A DNA stretch of 64,000 nt from Burkholderiales bacterium (GTDB lineage Bacteria; Pseudomonadota; Gammaproteobacteria; Burkholderiales; SG8-39). The stretch is taken from NCBI GenBank assembly GCA_036381055.1, contig DASVDO010000006.1, positions 11,780 to 75,779 on the forward strand, written 5' to 3'. Positions 11,064-19,962 of this stretch are shown here, piece by piece. A program made the translations under genes and the position numbers. Within the stretch, counting starts at the first letter, position 1, and each line of letters starts with the position of its first letter. Below the pieces are notes generated by a model, which had not been told where the DNA came from, did not search any database, and saw nothing but the letters and a program-made list of their open reading frames with translations.

Positions 11064-12307
11064 CCGAGCATGTCGGCCCAGAGCCGCTGCGCCCATCGCA
11101 GCGCCTCGGCGGCCTCTTTCTCCGAGCGCGCCTCGGACAGGCGCACCGAGCCCTTCACCTGCACCATGGTCTTCTGCGCCGCGTCGTAGCGGTGCACCGA
11201 GGCGAGGCGCACCGCCTCGCGCTCCGAGAGGAAGCTGTAGCACGTGCTGGTCATGCGCGGCGCCGGCTCGGGCGCGCGGTCGTTCAGCAGCGCGACGATC
11301 GCCGCGGCGCAGACGCGCGCCTGGTCGTGCGCCATGTGCGCCGACTTCGGCATGGCGCTCGCCGCGAGCGTCGCGTCGCCGAGCACGTGCACGCCCGGCA
11401 CGGCGGTCGATTCCAGCGTGCGCCAGTCGACGTCGCACCAGCGGTCGTTGTGCGTGATCAGGCCGGCCGCGGCGGCGATCCGGCCGGCGCGCTGCGGCGG
11501 CACGACGTTCAGCACGTCGCCCGGCACCGTCTCGAAATCGGTGCGCGCCGCCCCGGGCTCGACGCCGACCACCGAGGCGTTGGGCCGGTAATCGATCAGC
11601 CCGCGGTAGAGCTCCTGCCAGGCGCGCTGGAAGTGCTTGGCCTCCGAGGTGATCTCTTGGTTGGCGTCCAGGATCAGCACCTTGGCGCGCGGCTTGGCGC
11701 GCTTGAAGTACGACGCGACCAGGCAGGCGCGCTCGTACGGCGCCGGCGGGCAGCGGTAGGGCAGCATCGGCACGGACAGGAGATAGACGCCGCCGTCGCG
11801 CATCGCCTCGAGCTGGCGGCGCAGCGCCGCGGTCTGCGGCCCGGCCTTCCAGGCGTGCAGCACGCGTTCCTGCTCCTGCAGTCCCGCGTAGCCCTCGACC
11901 TGCTCGAGCATGAAGTCGATGCCCGGCGACACCACCACCCGGTCGTAGGGCAGCGGCGCGCCGCGCGCGAGGCGCACCGTGCGCTTCGCCGCGTCGATGG
12001 CCGTGGCGCTGTCGCGCACCACCCGGATGCCGTGGCCGCGCAGGCCGTCGTAGCCGCGCGTGAGGTCGGCGAGCGTGCGGCTGCCGGCGAGCACCAGGTT
12101 GGACAGCGGGCAGGAGACGAACGCCTCGGCCGGCTCGACCAGCGTCACGTCGATCGCCGGGTCGGCGAGCGCGATGTGCCGGGCGGCGGTGGCGCCGCCG
12201 TAGCCGCCGCCGATCACCACCACGCGCGCCCCGGCCGCGGCGCCGCGCCGCGCCAGGCCGGCGAGAGGGAGCGTGGCGCCGAGGCGCAGGACGTCCCGGC
12301 GCTTCAC
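11060..12307 (-). CDS. fccB: flavocytochrome c sulfide dehydrogenase flavoprotein subunit (FccB/SoxF-like)
   Basis: RRDVL Tat signal, [11 protein letters not shown] motif, and [11 protein letters not shown] and STCYS cysteines that align with Allochromatium FccB as I remember it. Confidence 0.85.
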   Translation of the reverse strand: MKRRDVLRLGATLPLAGLARRGAAAGARVVVIGGGYGGATAARHIALADPAIDVTLVEPAEAFVSCPLSNLVLAGSRTLADLTRGYDGLRGHGIRVVRDSATAIDAAKRTVRLARGAPLPYDRVVVSPGIDFMLEQVEGYAGLQEQERVLHAWKAGPQTAALRRQLEAMRDGGVYLLSVPMLPYRCPPAPYERACLVASYFKRAKPRAKVLILDANQEITSEAKHFQRAWQELYRGLIDYRPNASVVGVEPGAARTDFETVPGDVLNVVPPQRAGRIAAAAGLITHNDRWCDVDWRTLESTAVPGVHVLGDATLAASAMPKSAHMAHDQARVCAAAIVALLNDRAPEPAPRMTSTCYSFLSEREAVRLASVHRYDAAQKTMVQVKGSVRLSEARSEKEAAEALRWAQRLWADMLG

Positions 12308-12313
12308 CGCGTG

Positions 12314-14578
12314 TTACGACGCGACCGGAGTGGTCTCTTCCTCGAACCTGAGGGCGATCTTCTCGTCGTCGCCGAGGTCGATGGTCACCTTGCCGCCGTG
12401 CTGCAGGCGGCCGAACAGCAGCTCGTCGGCGAGCGCGCGGCGGATGGTGTCCTGGATGAGGCGCGCCATCGGACGCGCGCCCATCAGGGGATCGAAGCCC
12501 TTCTTCGCGAGATGCTGCTTGAGCTTCTCGGTGAACGTCGCCTCGACCTTCTTCTCGGCGAGCTGCTCGTCGAGCTGCATGAGGAACTTGTCCACCACAC
12601 GCATGATGGTGCTCTGGTCGAGCGCGCCGAACGAGATGATCGCGTCCAGCCGGTTGCGGAACTCGGGCGTGAACATGCGCTTGATCGCCTCCATCTCGTC
12701 GCCCGGCTGGCGCGACGGCGTGAAGCCCATCTGCGTCTTGGCGAGCGCCTCCGCCCCCGCGTTGGTGGTCATGATGATCACCACGTTGCGGAAGTCGGCC
12801 TTGCGGCCGTTGTTGTCGGTCAGCGTGCCGTGGTCCATGACCTGCAGGAGCACGTTGAAGATGTCGGGGTGCGCCTTCTCGATCTCGTCGAGCAGCAGCA
12901 CCGAGTAGGGCTTCTTGGTGATCTGCTCGGTGAGCAGCCCGCCCTGCTCGAAGCCGACGTAGCCCGGCGGCGCGCCGATCAGGCGCGACACCGCGTGCCG
13001 CTCCATGTACTCGGACATGTCGAAGCGGATCAGCTCGATGCCCATGCAATAGGCGAGCTGGCGCGCCACCTCGGTCTTGCCGACGCCGGTGGGCCCGGAG
13101 AACAGGAAGTTGCCGATCGGCTTCTGCGGGTTGCCCAGCCCCGAGCGCGCCATCTTGATCGCCGAGGCGAGGGCGTCGATCGCCTTGTCCTGGCCGAACA
13201 CCACGGCCTTCAGGTCGCGGTCGAGGTTGGCGAGCGCACTGCGGTCGTCGGTCGACACCGAGCGCGGCGGGATGCGCGCGATCTTGGCGATGATCTCCTC
13301 GATCTCGGCCTTGCCGATGATGCGCTTCTGCTTGGCCTTGGGCGCGATACGCTGCGCGGCGCCCGCCTCGTCGATCACGTCGATCGCCTTGTCGGGCAGG
13401 TGCCGGTCGTTGATGTAGCGCGCCGAGAGCTCGGCGGCGGTGGTGAGCGCGTTGGCCGTGTACTTGACGCTGTGGTGCGCCTCGAAGCGCGTCTTCAGCC
13501 CCTTCAGGATCTCCACCGTCTCGTCGATCGAGGGCTCGACCACGTCGATCTTCTGGAAGCGCCGCGACAGCGCGTGGTCCTTCTCGAACACGCCGCGGTA
13601 CTCGTTGTAGGTCGTCGCGCCGATGCACTTGAGCTGCCCGGTGGAGAGCACGGGCTTGAGCAGGTTCGACGCGTCCAGCGTGCCGCCCGAGGCGGCGCCG
13701 GCGCCGATCACCGTGTGGATCTCGTCGATGAACAGGATCGCGTTCGGGTTGTCGACCAGCTGCTTGAGCACCGCCTTCAGGCGCTGCTCGAAGTCGCCGC
13801 GGTACTTGGTGCCGGCGAGCAGCGCCCCCATGTCGAGCGCGTACACCGTGCACTTGGCGAGGAGATCCGGCACGTTGCCCTCGACGATGCGCCGCGCCAG
13901 GCCCTCGGCGATGGCGGTCTTGCCCACCCCCGCCTCGCCGACCAGCAGCGGGTTGTTCTTGCGCCGGCGGCACAGCGTCTGCACCACGCGCTCGAGCTCC
14001 TTCTCGCGGCCGATCAGCGGGTCGATCTTGCCGGCGAGCGCCAGCGCGTTCAGGTTCTGCGTGTAGTTGTCGAGCGGGCTGTTCGAGGTCTCGGCCTGGC
14101 CTTCCTGGTCGGCCTCCTGGTCGCTCTTGCCCTGGTGCGTCTGCGGCGTCTTGGTGATGCCGTGCGAGATGTAGTTCACCACGTCCAGGCGCGCGATGCC
14201 CTGCTGCTGCAGGAAGTACACCGCGTGCGAGTCCTTCTCGCCGAAGATCGCCACCAGCACGTTGGCGCCGGTCACTTCCTTCTTGCCCGAGGACTGCACG
14301 TGCAGGATGGCGCGCTGGATGACGCGCTGGAAGCCGAGCGTCGGCTGGGTGTCGACCTCGCGGTCGGCGGCGATGCGCGGCGTCTGCTCGTTGATGTGCT
14401 GCGTCAGGTTCTTGCGCAGCTCGTCCATGTTGGCGCCGCAGGCGCGCAGCACCTCCGCGGCCGTCGGGTTGTCCAGCAGCGCCAGCAGCAGGTGCTCGAC
14501 GGTGATGAACTCATGGCGCTTCTGGCGGGCCTCCACGAACGCCATGTGCAGACTGACTTCGAGCTCCTGGGCGATCAT
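12314..14578 (-). CDS. clpA: ATP-dependent Clp protease ATP-binding subunit ClpA
   Basis: Start is MIAQELEVSLHMAF (the canonical ClpA N-terminus), not the longer ORF start. Two Walker A motifs (GEAGVGKT, GPTGVGKT). Confidence 0.95.
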   Translation of the reverse strand: MIAQELEVSLHMAFVEARQKRHEFITVEHLLLALLDNPTAAEVLRACGANMDELRKNLTQHINEQTPRIAADREVDTQPTLGFQRVIQRAILHVQSSGKKEVTGANVLVAIFGEKDSHAVYFLQQQGIARLDVVNYISHGITKTPQTHQGKSDQEADQEGQAETSNSPLDNYTQNLNALALAGKIDPLIGREKELERVVQTLCRRRKNNPLLVGEAGVGKTAIAEGLARRIVEGNVPDLLAKCTVYALDMGALLAGTKYRGDFEQRLKAVLKQLVDNPNAILFIDEIHTVIGAGAASGGTLDASNLLKPVLSTGQLKCIGATTYNEYRGVFEKDHALSRRFQKIDVVEPSIDETVEILKGLKTRFEAHHSVKYTANALTTAAELSARYINDRHLPDKAIDVIDEAGAAQRIAPKAKQKRIIGKAEIEEIIAKIARIPPRSVSTDDRSALANLDRDLKAVVFGQDKAIDALASAIKMARSGLGNPQKPIGNFLFSGPTGVGKTEVARQLAYCMGIELIRFDMSEYMERHAVSRLIGAPPGYVGFEQGGLLTEQITKKPYSVLLLDEIEKAHPDIFNVLLQVMDHGTLTDNNGRKADFRNVVIIMTTNAGAEALAKTQMGFTPSRQPGDEMEAIKRMFTPEFRNRLDAIISFGALDQSTIMRVVDKFLMQLDEQLAEKKVEATFTEKLKQHLAKKGFDPLMGARPMARLIQDTIRRALADELLFGRLQHGGKVTIDLGDDEKIALRFEEETTPVAS

Positions 14579-14619
14579 CCTTTTCTGGCCTCTTTGCCTT
14601 TCCTCTACCTTACTCGCGT

Positions 14620-14931
14620 TTACTCGTCCTGCGGCTCCATCACGCACTGCAGCGGATGCTGGTGCTTCCGAGAGTATGCCGCGACTTGCTGCACTTTGGT
14701 TGAAGCGACATCGCGCGGATAGACCCCGCAGATGCCAATGCCTTCCCGGTGGACCTTCAGCATGACCTGGGTGGCCCGCTCGCGGGTCATGCCGAAGAAC
14801 TTCTGCAGCACCACGACCACGAATTCCATCGGCGTGTAGTCGTCGTTCAGCAGCATGACCTTGAACATCGGCGGAGGCTTCAGCTTGGCCCGCTGCGCCT
14901 CCAGTATGGTGTCGTCCCTGTTCTGCGCCAT
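14620..14931 (-). CDS. clpS: ATP-dependent Clp protease adaptor ClpS
   Basis: [20 protein letters not shown] core. Start chosen at MAQNRDD; the upstream ORF extension is unlikely to be translated. Confidence 0.9.
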   Translation of the reverse strand: MAQNRDDTILEAQRAKLKPPPMFKVMLLNDDYTPMEFVVVVLQKFFGMTRERATQVMLKVHREGIGICGVYPRDVASTKVQQVAAYSRKHQHPLQCVMEPQDE

Positions 14932-15110
14932 GCCGCCCGACTTCGCGCCCCGTGGCCCCCCGAAATCTGACAATGTCCGCCCTAGAGCGTTCCTCTCGTC
15001 TATCGTAATCAATGTGGGGGGGCGGTGCAACGCGACGCCGGTGCCCGCCGGCGCGGATTACGGTGTTTTTTCACGGCCTTGCGCGCGCGCCACAGTCGCG
15101 GTGGCGGGCC

Positions 15111-15139
15111 TTGACGACACTCCGGCCGACGCGTAAAAG
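15111..15139 (+). promoter_or_regulatory. candidate sigma70 promoter for cspA, leaving a 5' UTR of about 150 nt
   Basis: TTGACG, a 17-nt spacer, then TAAAAG. The resulting long leader resembles known cold-shock mRNA leaders. Confidence 0.35.
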
Positions 15140-15293
15140 GCGGGCTGTGTTTGGATGCAGGCTGTCTGTTTCGCCATCAGGTCAACCCGGGGCGGCACGG
15201 TCGTGGACTTCCAGGCATGGCTCGGGATCATGCAGCGTCCTACGACGCAGGGCCCGGTAGCTCGATCAACAACCAGGTAACAAGGGAGAGAGC

Positions 15294-15497
15294 ATGGCAA
15301 CAGGCACCGTGAAGTGGTTCAACGACGCAAAGGGGTACGGCTTCATAACGCCCGACGACGGCAGCGAGGACTTGTTCGCCCACTTCTCGGCGATCAACAT
15401 GTCCGGGTTCAAGACCCTCAAGGAAGGCCAGAAGGTCAGCTTCGACGTCGTGCAGGGCCCCAAGGGCAAGCAGGCCTCCAACATCCAGAAGGTCTGA
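15294..15497 (+). CDS. cspA: cold-shock protein, CspA family
   Basis: [12 protein letters not shown] (RNP1) and DLFAHF (RNP2); 67 aa. Confidence 0.95.
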   Translation: MATGTVKWFNDAKGYGFITPDDGSEDLFAHFSAINMSGFKTLKEGQKVSFDVVQGPKGKQASNIQKV

Positions 15498-15518
15498 GGC
15501 GGCCCGAGACGCCTTTCC

Positions 15519-15546
15519 AGGCCGCCTGCGGGCGGCCTTTTCGTTT
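15519..15546. terminator. bidirectional terminator hairpin
   Basis: AGGCCGCC-TGCG-GGCGGCCTTTTCGTTT lies between the convergent cspA and barrel genes. Confidence 0.6.
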
Positions 15547-15553
15547 CCGGGCG

Positions 15554-16324
15554 CTAGAAGGCGTAGCGCAGGCGCAGGCCGAAGCTGTCGAGCGTGCTCG
15601 CCGGCTGGAAGAACGCGAAGTCGCTGGCGCCGTCAGTCACCAGCACCGGGTCGGATTCCTCGAACCGGTAGCCTTCGTAATACCCGGCGAGGCTCCAGCT
15701 GCGCCCCAGGCGATAGCCGAGCTCGCCGTACAGGCTCGGCCGGCCTTGCGGCGTGAGATGCGGGTTCGGCGCGAAGCCGATGGCCGGGAAATGCGCGTTC
15801 TCGTCGGTCCAGAACGGGTGCTTGACGCCCCCGGCGGCGAACCACCCGGCGGCGCCGCCGCGGTCGAACGCGACGCCCAGCCTGACGTACGCCAGCCGGT
15901 ACTCCTCGTGCTGGTCGGCGCCGAGCTGGCGGTTCCAGTAGTCGAGGCCCACGCCGGCCAGGAGCTCCAGGCCGCCCGCGCCCGGCCGGAACAGCGCCTG
16001 CAGCTCCTGGCGCAGGCCGCCGTAGTCGGTCGTGCCGGTGAGCGGGGTGCCGCCGAAGAGCGACGCGCCGTCGTAGTCGACCGCGCCGCCGTAAAGCCGC
16101 GCCTCGTAGCCGAAGCGCAGCGCCGCGGGCGCGTCCTGCCGCCAGCGCAGGCCCACGCCCAGCATCGGCCCCGTCTCGAGCACGCGCGGCGAGACGTCCT
16201 CCTCCCAGCGGAAGCGCTCGAGCTCGCCGTAGACGCTCCACTCCGCCCGGGCGGGCGAAGCGAGCGCGGCGCCGGCGAGCAGGGCGCCGGCGAGCGCCTT
16301 GCGCAGCGCTACTGCGTGCCCCAC
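15554..16324 (-). CDS. outer-membrane beta-barrel protein, unknown family
   Basis: GTG 16324 gives the signal peptide ALRKALAGALLAGAALASPARA. The body has alternating aromatic/Gly beta-strand patterns and ends with C-terminal RLRYAF. AAGGAAG lies upstream. Confidence 0.65.
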   Translation of the reverse strand: MGHAVALRKALAGALLAGAALASPARAEWSVYGELERFRWEEDVSPRVLETGPMLGVGLRWRQDAPAALRFGYEARLYGGAVDYDGASLFGGTPLTGTTDYGGLRQELQALFRPGAGGLELLAGVGLDYWNRQLGADQHEEYRLAYVRLGVAFDRGGAAGWFAAGGVKHPFWTDENAHFPAIGFAPNPHLTPQGRPSLYGELGYRLGRSWSLAGYYEGYRFEESDPVLVTDGASDFAFFQPASTLDSFGLRLRYAF

Positions 16325-17679
16325 GGCCGGATCGCTTCCTTGAGCTTCCTGTAGCCCTCGAGATAGCGCGGCCGCTTGCCGCCGTAGATGCGGTCGAACG
16401 TGGCGAGCTGCTCGTCGAGCCACTTGGCGAGCTTCTCGTTGCCGGGGTTCGCCGCCTTGTAGGCCTCGTTGATCAGGACGAAGTGGATGCGCGGGTCGTA
16501 AGGCTGCTTGGTGCCGCCCTCGGTCTCGTCGCCCTTCAGCAGGCGCAGCAGCATGGCGTCGGCCGAGCCGAGCGTCTGCTCGAAGATCGGCTCGCCCTGC
16601 ATGCGGTACATGACGCTGGTCATGTCCTTGCCGCTGCCCATGGTGAAGCCCATCTCGGCCCACAGCTTGCGGATGTCGCTGCCCGGCTTGACCCGGTCGA
16701 GCACCATCTGGCCCCAGGCGCGCAGCGCGTCGGGCGCATCGGCCATCAGGTCGGTGAGGCGGTCGCCGTCCAGGTCGGTGGCGTAGATGACGACCTTCTT
16801 CTGCTGCATCATGTCGTGCAGCAGGACGCCGAAGTTGGTGTCGGAAATGTGCTCGTAGATCTCGCCGCCCCAGCTCTCCATCCCGGCCTTGAAGTCCTTC
16901 GGCAGCAGCGCGGCGATGGCGTCGACGTTGTCCTTGTGCTCCTCGTAGGCGTCGACCGAGTAGCGGCGCTTCAGCTCGAAGCGGGTGCCCTTCATGAGCC
17001 AGCGCAGGATGCCGGCGTTCACCGCGTCCTCCTGCGCCTGGGTGGGCTTGGTGGCGACGCGGCCGATCTGGCCCGTCTCGTGCACCATCTTCAGGAACAG
17101 GCGCGCCGCGTAGGCCATGCGTACGCCCGGCGTGTTCATCTCCGAGTGGATGTTGCCGCTCGCGCGGTCGACGGCGAACTTCTTCTTGTCCTGCGAGTAG
17201 GGCAGGCCCGGCATGAAGCGGATGCAGGTGATGGTGCCGTAGGGGCGCACGTTGCAATAGACGCCGGCCGCGGTGCGCAGCGGCGCGTTGGCCGACTTGC
17301 CCATCACCACCACCTTGCGGCCGTTCTCGTTCACCAGGAAGTCGCCGGCGGTCGACCACTTGATCGCCGTCGCGTCGAGCTTGCCGAACCAGTCGAGCGA
17401 CTTGAGCTTCGTGTCGTGGCGGAACTGCGCCATCATCGGCACGCCGAGGAACGGCAGTCCCAGCACGTCGAGCGCCATCAGCGTGCCGTTCAGGGCGAAC
17501 ATGTCGGTGAACGCGTGGGCGACCGGCTTCACCCCGCCGGTGAAGTTGCCGCCCTCCCAGATGATCGCGTCGGGCTCGCCGCGCGGCTTGATGTTGGAGC
17601 GCTTGTAGATGCCGTCCAGCAGCTTGAAGAGGTCGCCGTTCTGCTCCTCCTGAGCGATCTTGAGCAAGTCGAGGGTCAT
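16309..17679 (-). CDS. hypothetical protein, 456 aa, no recognisable motif and no signal peptide
   Basis: Long ORF with native codon bias and non-repetitive, balanced amino-acid composition. Its stop overlaps the start of the barrel gene. Confidence 0.75.
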   Translation of the reverse strand: MTLDLLKIAQEEQNGDLFKLLDGIYKRSNIKPRGEPDAIIWEGGNFTGGVKPVAHAFTDMFALNGTLMALDVLGLPFLGVPMMAQFRHDTKLKSLDWFGKLDATAIKWSTAGDFLVNENGRKVVVMGKSANAPLRTAAGVYCNVRPYGTITCIRFMPGLPYSQDKKKFAVDRASGNIHSEMNTPGVRMAYAARLFLKMVHETGQIGRVATKPTQAQEDAVNAGILRWLMKGTRFELKRRYSVDAYEEHKDNVDAIAALLPKDFKAGMESWGGEIYEHISDTNFGVLLHDMMQQKKVVIYATDLDGDRLTDLMADAPDALRAWGQMVLDRVKPGSDIRKLWAEMGFTMGSGKDMTSVMYRMQGEPIFEQTLGSADAMLLRLLKGDETEGGTKQPYDPRIHFVLINEAYKAANPGNEKLAKWLDEQLATFDRIYGGKRPRYLEGYRKLKEAIRPWGTQ

Positions 17680-17875
17680 GCGCGCGGGAATTCCTGTCGG
17701 TAAGAGGCGGAAAAAGGCGGGGATTATAACCCCTTTGCCTCCCCTAGCAGCTTGATTTGCAACTGTTTCTCAGGCGCGTGTCAACCGCCCGGGGCCCTGG
17801 CGCGTTATCCGGAGCGGGCCGTGCCTCGTGCCGGTCCCTTGAATCGACCACCCACCACCACAGAAGGGGATCACC

Positions 17876-18037
17876 ATGAAGCAGCTTTTCGCCGTCCTCC
17901 TCGCCGCGGCGTTCGCCGCCATGAGCTACAGCGCCGTCGCGCAGGACAAGATGGAAAAGCCCAAGACCGAGAAGAAGGCGGACAAGAAGCCCGCCAAGAA
18001 GATGGCGAAGAAGGCGAAGAAAGAAGAGCAGAAGTAG
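17876..18037 (+). CDS. small secreted lysine-rich protein (53 aa)
   Basis: Hand-translated MKQLFAVLLAAAFAAMSYSAVA/QDKMEKPKTEKKADKKPAKKMAKKAKKEEQK. AAGGGGA lies 6 nt upstream and a terminator follows. Below the ORF-track length cutoff. Confidence 0.6.
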   Translation: MKQLFAVLLAAAFAAMSYSAVAQDKMEKPKTEKKADKKPAKKMAKKAKKEEQK

Positions 18038-18057
18038 GCGCCGTTCCGGCGAAAATA

Positions 18058-18082
18058 AGGCAGGGGCGACCCTGCCTTTTTC
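18058..18082 (+). terminator. rho-independent terminator
   Basis: AGGCAGGG-GCGA-CCCTGCCTTTTT. Confidence 0.5.
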
Positions 18083-18095
18083 ATTTCATGCGTCC

Positions 18096-18521
18096 ATGCG
18101 CCTGCGCGTACTCGTCATAGCCGCCGCCTTCGCCGCCAGCGCCTTCGCCGGCGAGCTGCCCGTGGTGCAGCTCAACGCGGGCATCTATCTCATCCGCGCC
18201 GAGGTGGCGGCCGACTTCGCGAGCCGCGCGCAGGGGCTGATGTACCGCCGGCAGCTCGCCTCGAACGCCGGGATGCTGTTCGTCTTCGAGCAGCCGGGCG
18301 AGCAGTGCATGTGGATGAAGAACACCCTGATCCCGCTCTCGGTCGCCTTCCTCGACGACGAGGGCGAGATCATCAACATCGAGGACATGGCGCCGCAGAC
18401 GCTGCAGTCGCACTGCGCGCGGCGCCCGGCACGCTACGCGCTGGAGATGAACCGCGGCTGGTTCGCCGCGCGGGGCATCAAACCGGGGATGCGCATCGGC
18501 GGCATCCCCGGCGCGAAGTAG
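18096..18521 (+). CDS. DUF192-domain periplasmic protein
   Basis: Signal peptide, then MLFVF...CMWMKNTLIPLSVAF..YALEMN, the pattern typical of DUF192. Confidence 0.8.
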   Translation: MRLRVLVIAAAFAASAFAGELPVVQLNAGIYLIRAEVAADFASRAQGLMYRRQLASNAGMLFVFEQPGEQCMWMKNTLIPLSVAFLDDEGEIINIEDMAPQTLQSHCARRPARYALEMNRGWFAARGIKPGMRIGGIPGAK

Positions 18522-19124
18522 CTAGCCGAACACCACCCCGCCGTGGCTCTGCGCCACCATGAAGTACAGCATCGGGATCGACGCCATGGTGTTGAAGCGC
18601 GACGCCATGCCCGCCACGCGGCCGGCCTTCGCCTTGGCGTCGGCTTCCGCCGGCACGATGCCGAGCACCTTCTTCTGGTTCGGCCAGATCAGGAACCAGA
18701 CGTTGAACCACATGATGATGCCGAGCCACATGCCGACGCCGATGCCGGTGAACGGCTTCTGGAAGGTGAGCGCCTGCAGCAGGTAGCCGTACATCGAGGC
18801 GAGGATCAGGCCGAGGATGATCGTCGCCATCGCCGCCCAGCGGAACCAGAACAGCGCCGCCGGCGCGATCACCTTGCTGATCGCCGGCTTGTGCTCGTCC
18901 GGGATCTTGGGCATGGACGGCGTCTGCACGAAGTTGAAGTACCAGAGCAGACCGATCCACATCACGCCCGCCGTGACGTGCAGCCAGCGCATCGCGAAGG
19001 CCCACCACGCGTGCTCGCCCGCCGGGATCGATCCGCCGGCGGCGGCGAGGATGAGCAGCAGCACGATGAGAAGGACGACGCCGGCGGTGATCGTCCGACC
19101 GAGAGATTGGAAGATCGCACCCAT
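18522..19124 (-). CDS. integral membrane protein resembling the N-terminal membrane domain of PuuD-type proteins
   Basis: Five to six TM helices and the motif HVTAGVMWIGLLWYFNFVQ. The family assignment is from memory and tentative. Confidence 0.6.
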   Translation of the reverse strand: MGAIFQSLGRTITAGVVLLIVLLLILAAAGGSIPAGEHAWWAFAMRWLHVTAGVMWIGLLWYFNFVQTPSMPKIPDEHKPAISKVIAPAALFWFRWAAMATIILGLILASMYGYLLQALTFQKPFTGIGVGMWLGIIMWFNVWFLIWPNQKKVLGIVPAEADAKAKAGRVAGMASRFNTMASIPMLYFMVAQSHGGVVFG

Positions 19125-19191
19125 TTCTTTCTCCTTTTAGCCTTGTAGGGTTGACGCCGAAAAAGTCTAGCACCGGGGCTATCCTCCCGCC

Positions 19192-19962
19192 ATGCCGAGG
19201 CTCGCCGCCAACCTGTCGATGCTGTTCACCGAGCGGCCGTTCCTGGAGCGCTTTGCCACCGCCGCGGCTGCCGGATTTCGCTACGTCGAATACCAGTTTC
19301 CGTACGCCTGGCCCGCCGACGAGGTGGCCGACGCGGCGCGGCGCGCCGGCGTGCAGGTGGTGCTGCACAACCTGCCGGCGGGCGACATGGCCGCCGGCGA
19401 GCGCGGCATCGCCTGCCTGCCGGGGCGCGAGGCCGAGTTCCGCGCCGGGGTCGAGCAGGCGATCGGCTACGCCAGGGCGGCCGGCTGCCCGCGCCTCAAC
19501 TGCCTCGCCGGGCTGGGGCCGGTCGACCGGGCGCATTTCGACACGCTGGTGGCGAACGTGCGCCACGCGGCGCGCCGCCTGTCGCAAGCCGGCCTGCAGC
19601 TCGTGATCGAGCCGATCAACACGCACACGGTGCCGGGCTTCTTCCTCACCGGCACCCGCCAGGCGATCGAGGTGCTCGACGCGGCCGGGGAAAGCGGCGC
19701 GGCGCTGCAGTACGACGTGTTCCACATGCAGATCATGGAAGGCGATCTCGCCGCGACGCTCGAGCGGCTGCTCGCGCGCATCGGCCACGTGCAGATCGCC
19801 GACGTGCCGGCGCGCCACGAGCCGGGCACCGGCGAGATCAACTTCGCTTTCCTGCTCGCGCATCTGGACGCCATCGGCTACGCCGGCTGGGTGGGCTGCG
19901 AATACAATCCCCTCGGTGACACGGTCGAGGGATTGAAGTGGGCGAGGCCCTACCTGCGCTAG
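19192..19962 (+). CDS. hyi: hydroxypyruvate isomerase family (TIM-barrel) protein
   Basis: N-terminal RLAANLSMLFTE...F..AA.AGF..VE, typical of Hyi/OtnI. Confidence 0.85.
   Translation: MPRLAANLSMLFTERPFLERFATAAAAGFRYVEYQFPYAWPADEVADAARRAGVQVVLHNLPAGDMAAGERGIACLPGREAEFRAGVEQAIGYARAAGCPRLNCLAGLGPVDRAHFDTLVANVRHAARRLSQAGLQLVIEPINTHTVPGFFLTGTRQAIEVLDAAGESGAALQYDVFHMQIMEGDLAATLERLLARIGHVQIADVPARHEPGTGEINFAFLLAHLDAIGYAGWVGCEYNPLGDTVEGLKWARPYLR

Noticed and set aside
10509-14722. Giant ORFs 10509..13973 (-), 1154 aa, and 10907..14722 (+), 1271 aa
   Set aside because: These are off-frame or antisense shadows of clpA, fccB and dut. They have Arg/Ala/Gly/Pro-dominated composition and no motifs. Long shadow ORFs are expected in very GC-rich DNA where stop codons are rare.
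17798-17813. TGGCGC-N5-CCGG resembling a sigma54 -24/-12 element upstream of the small lysine-rich ORF
   Set aside because: The -12 TTGC/GC element is missing and the spacing and context are not convincing.
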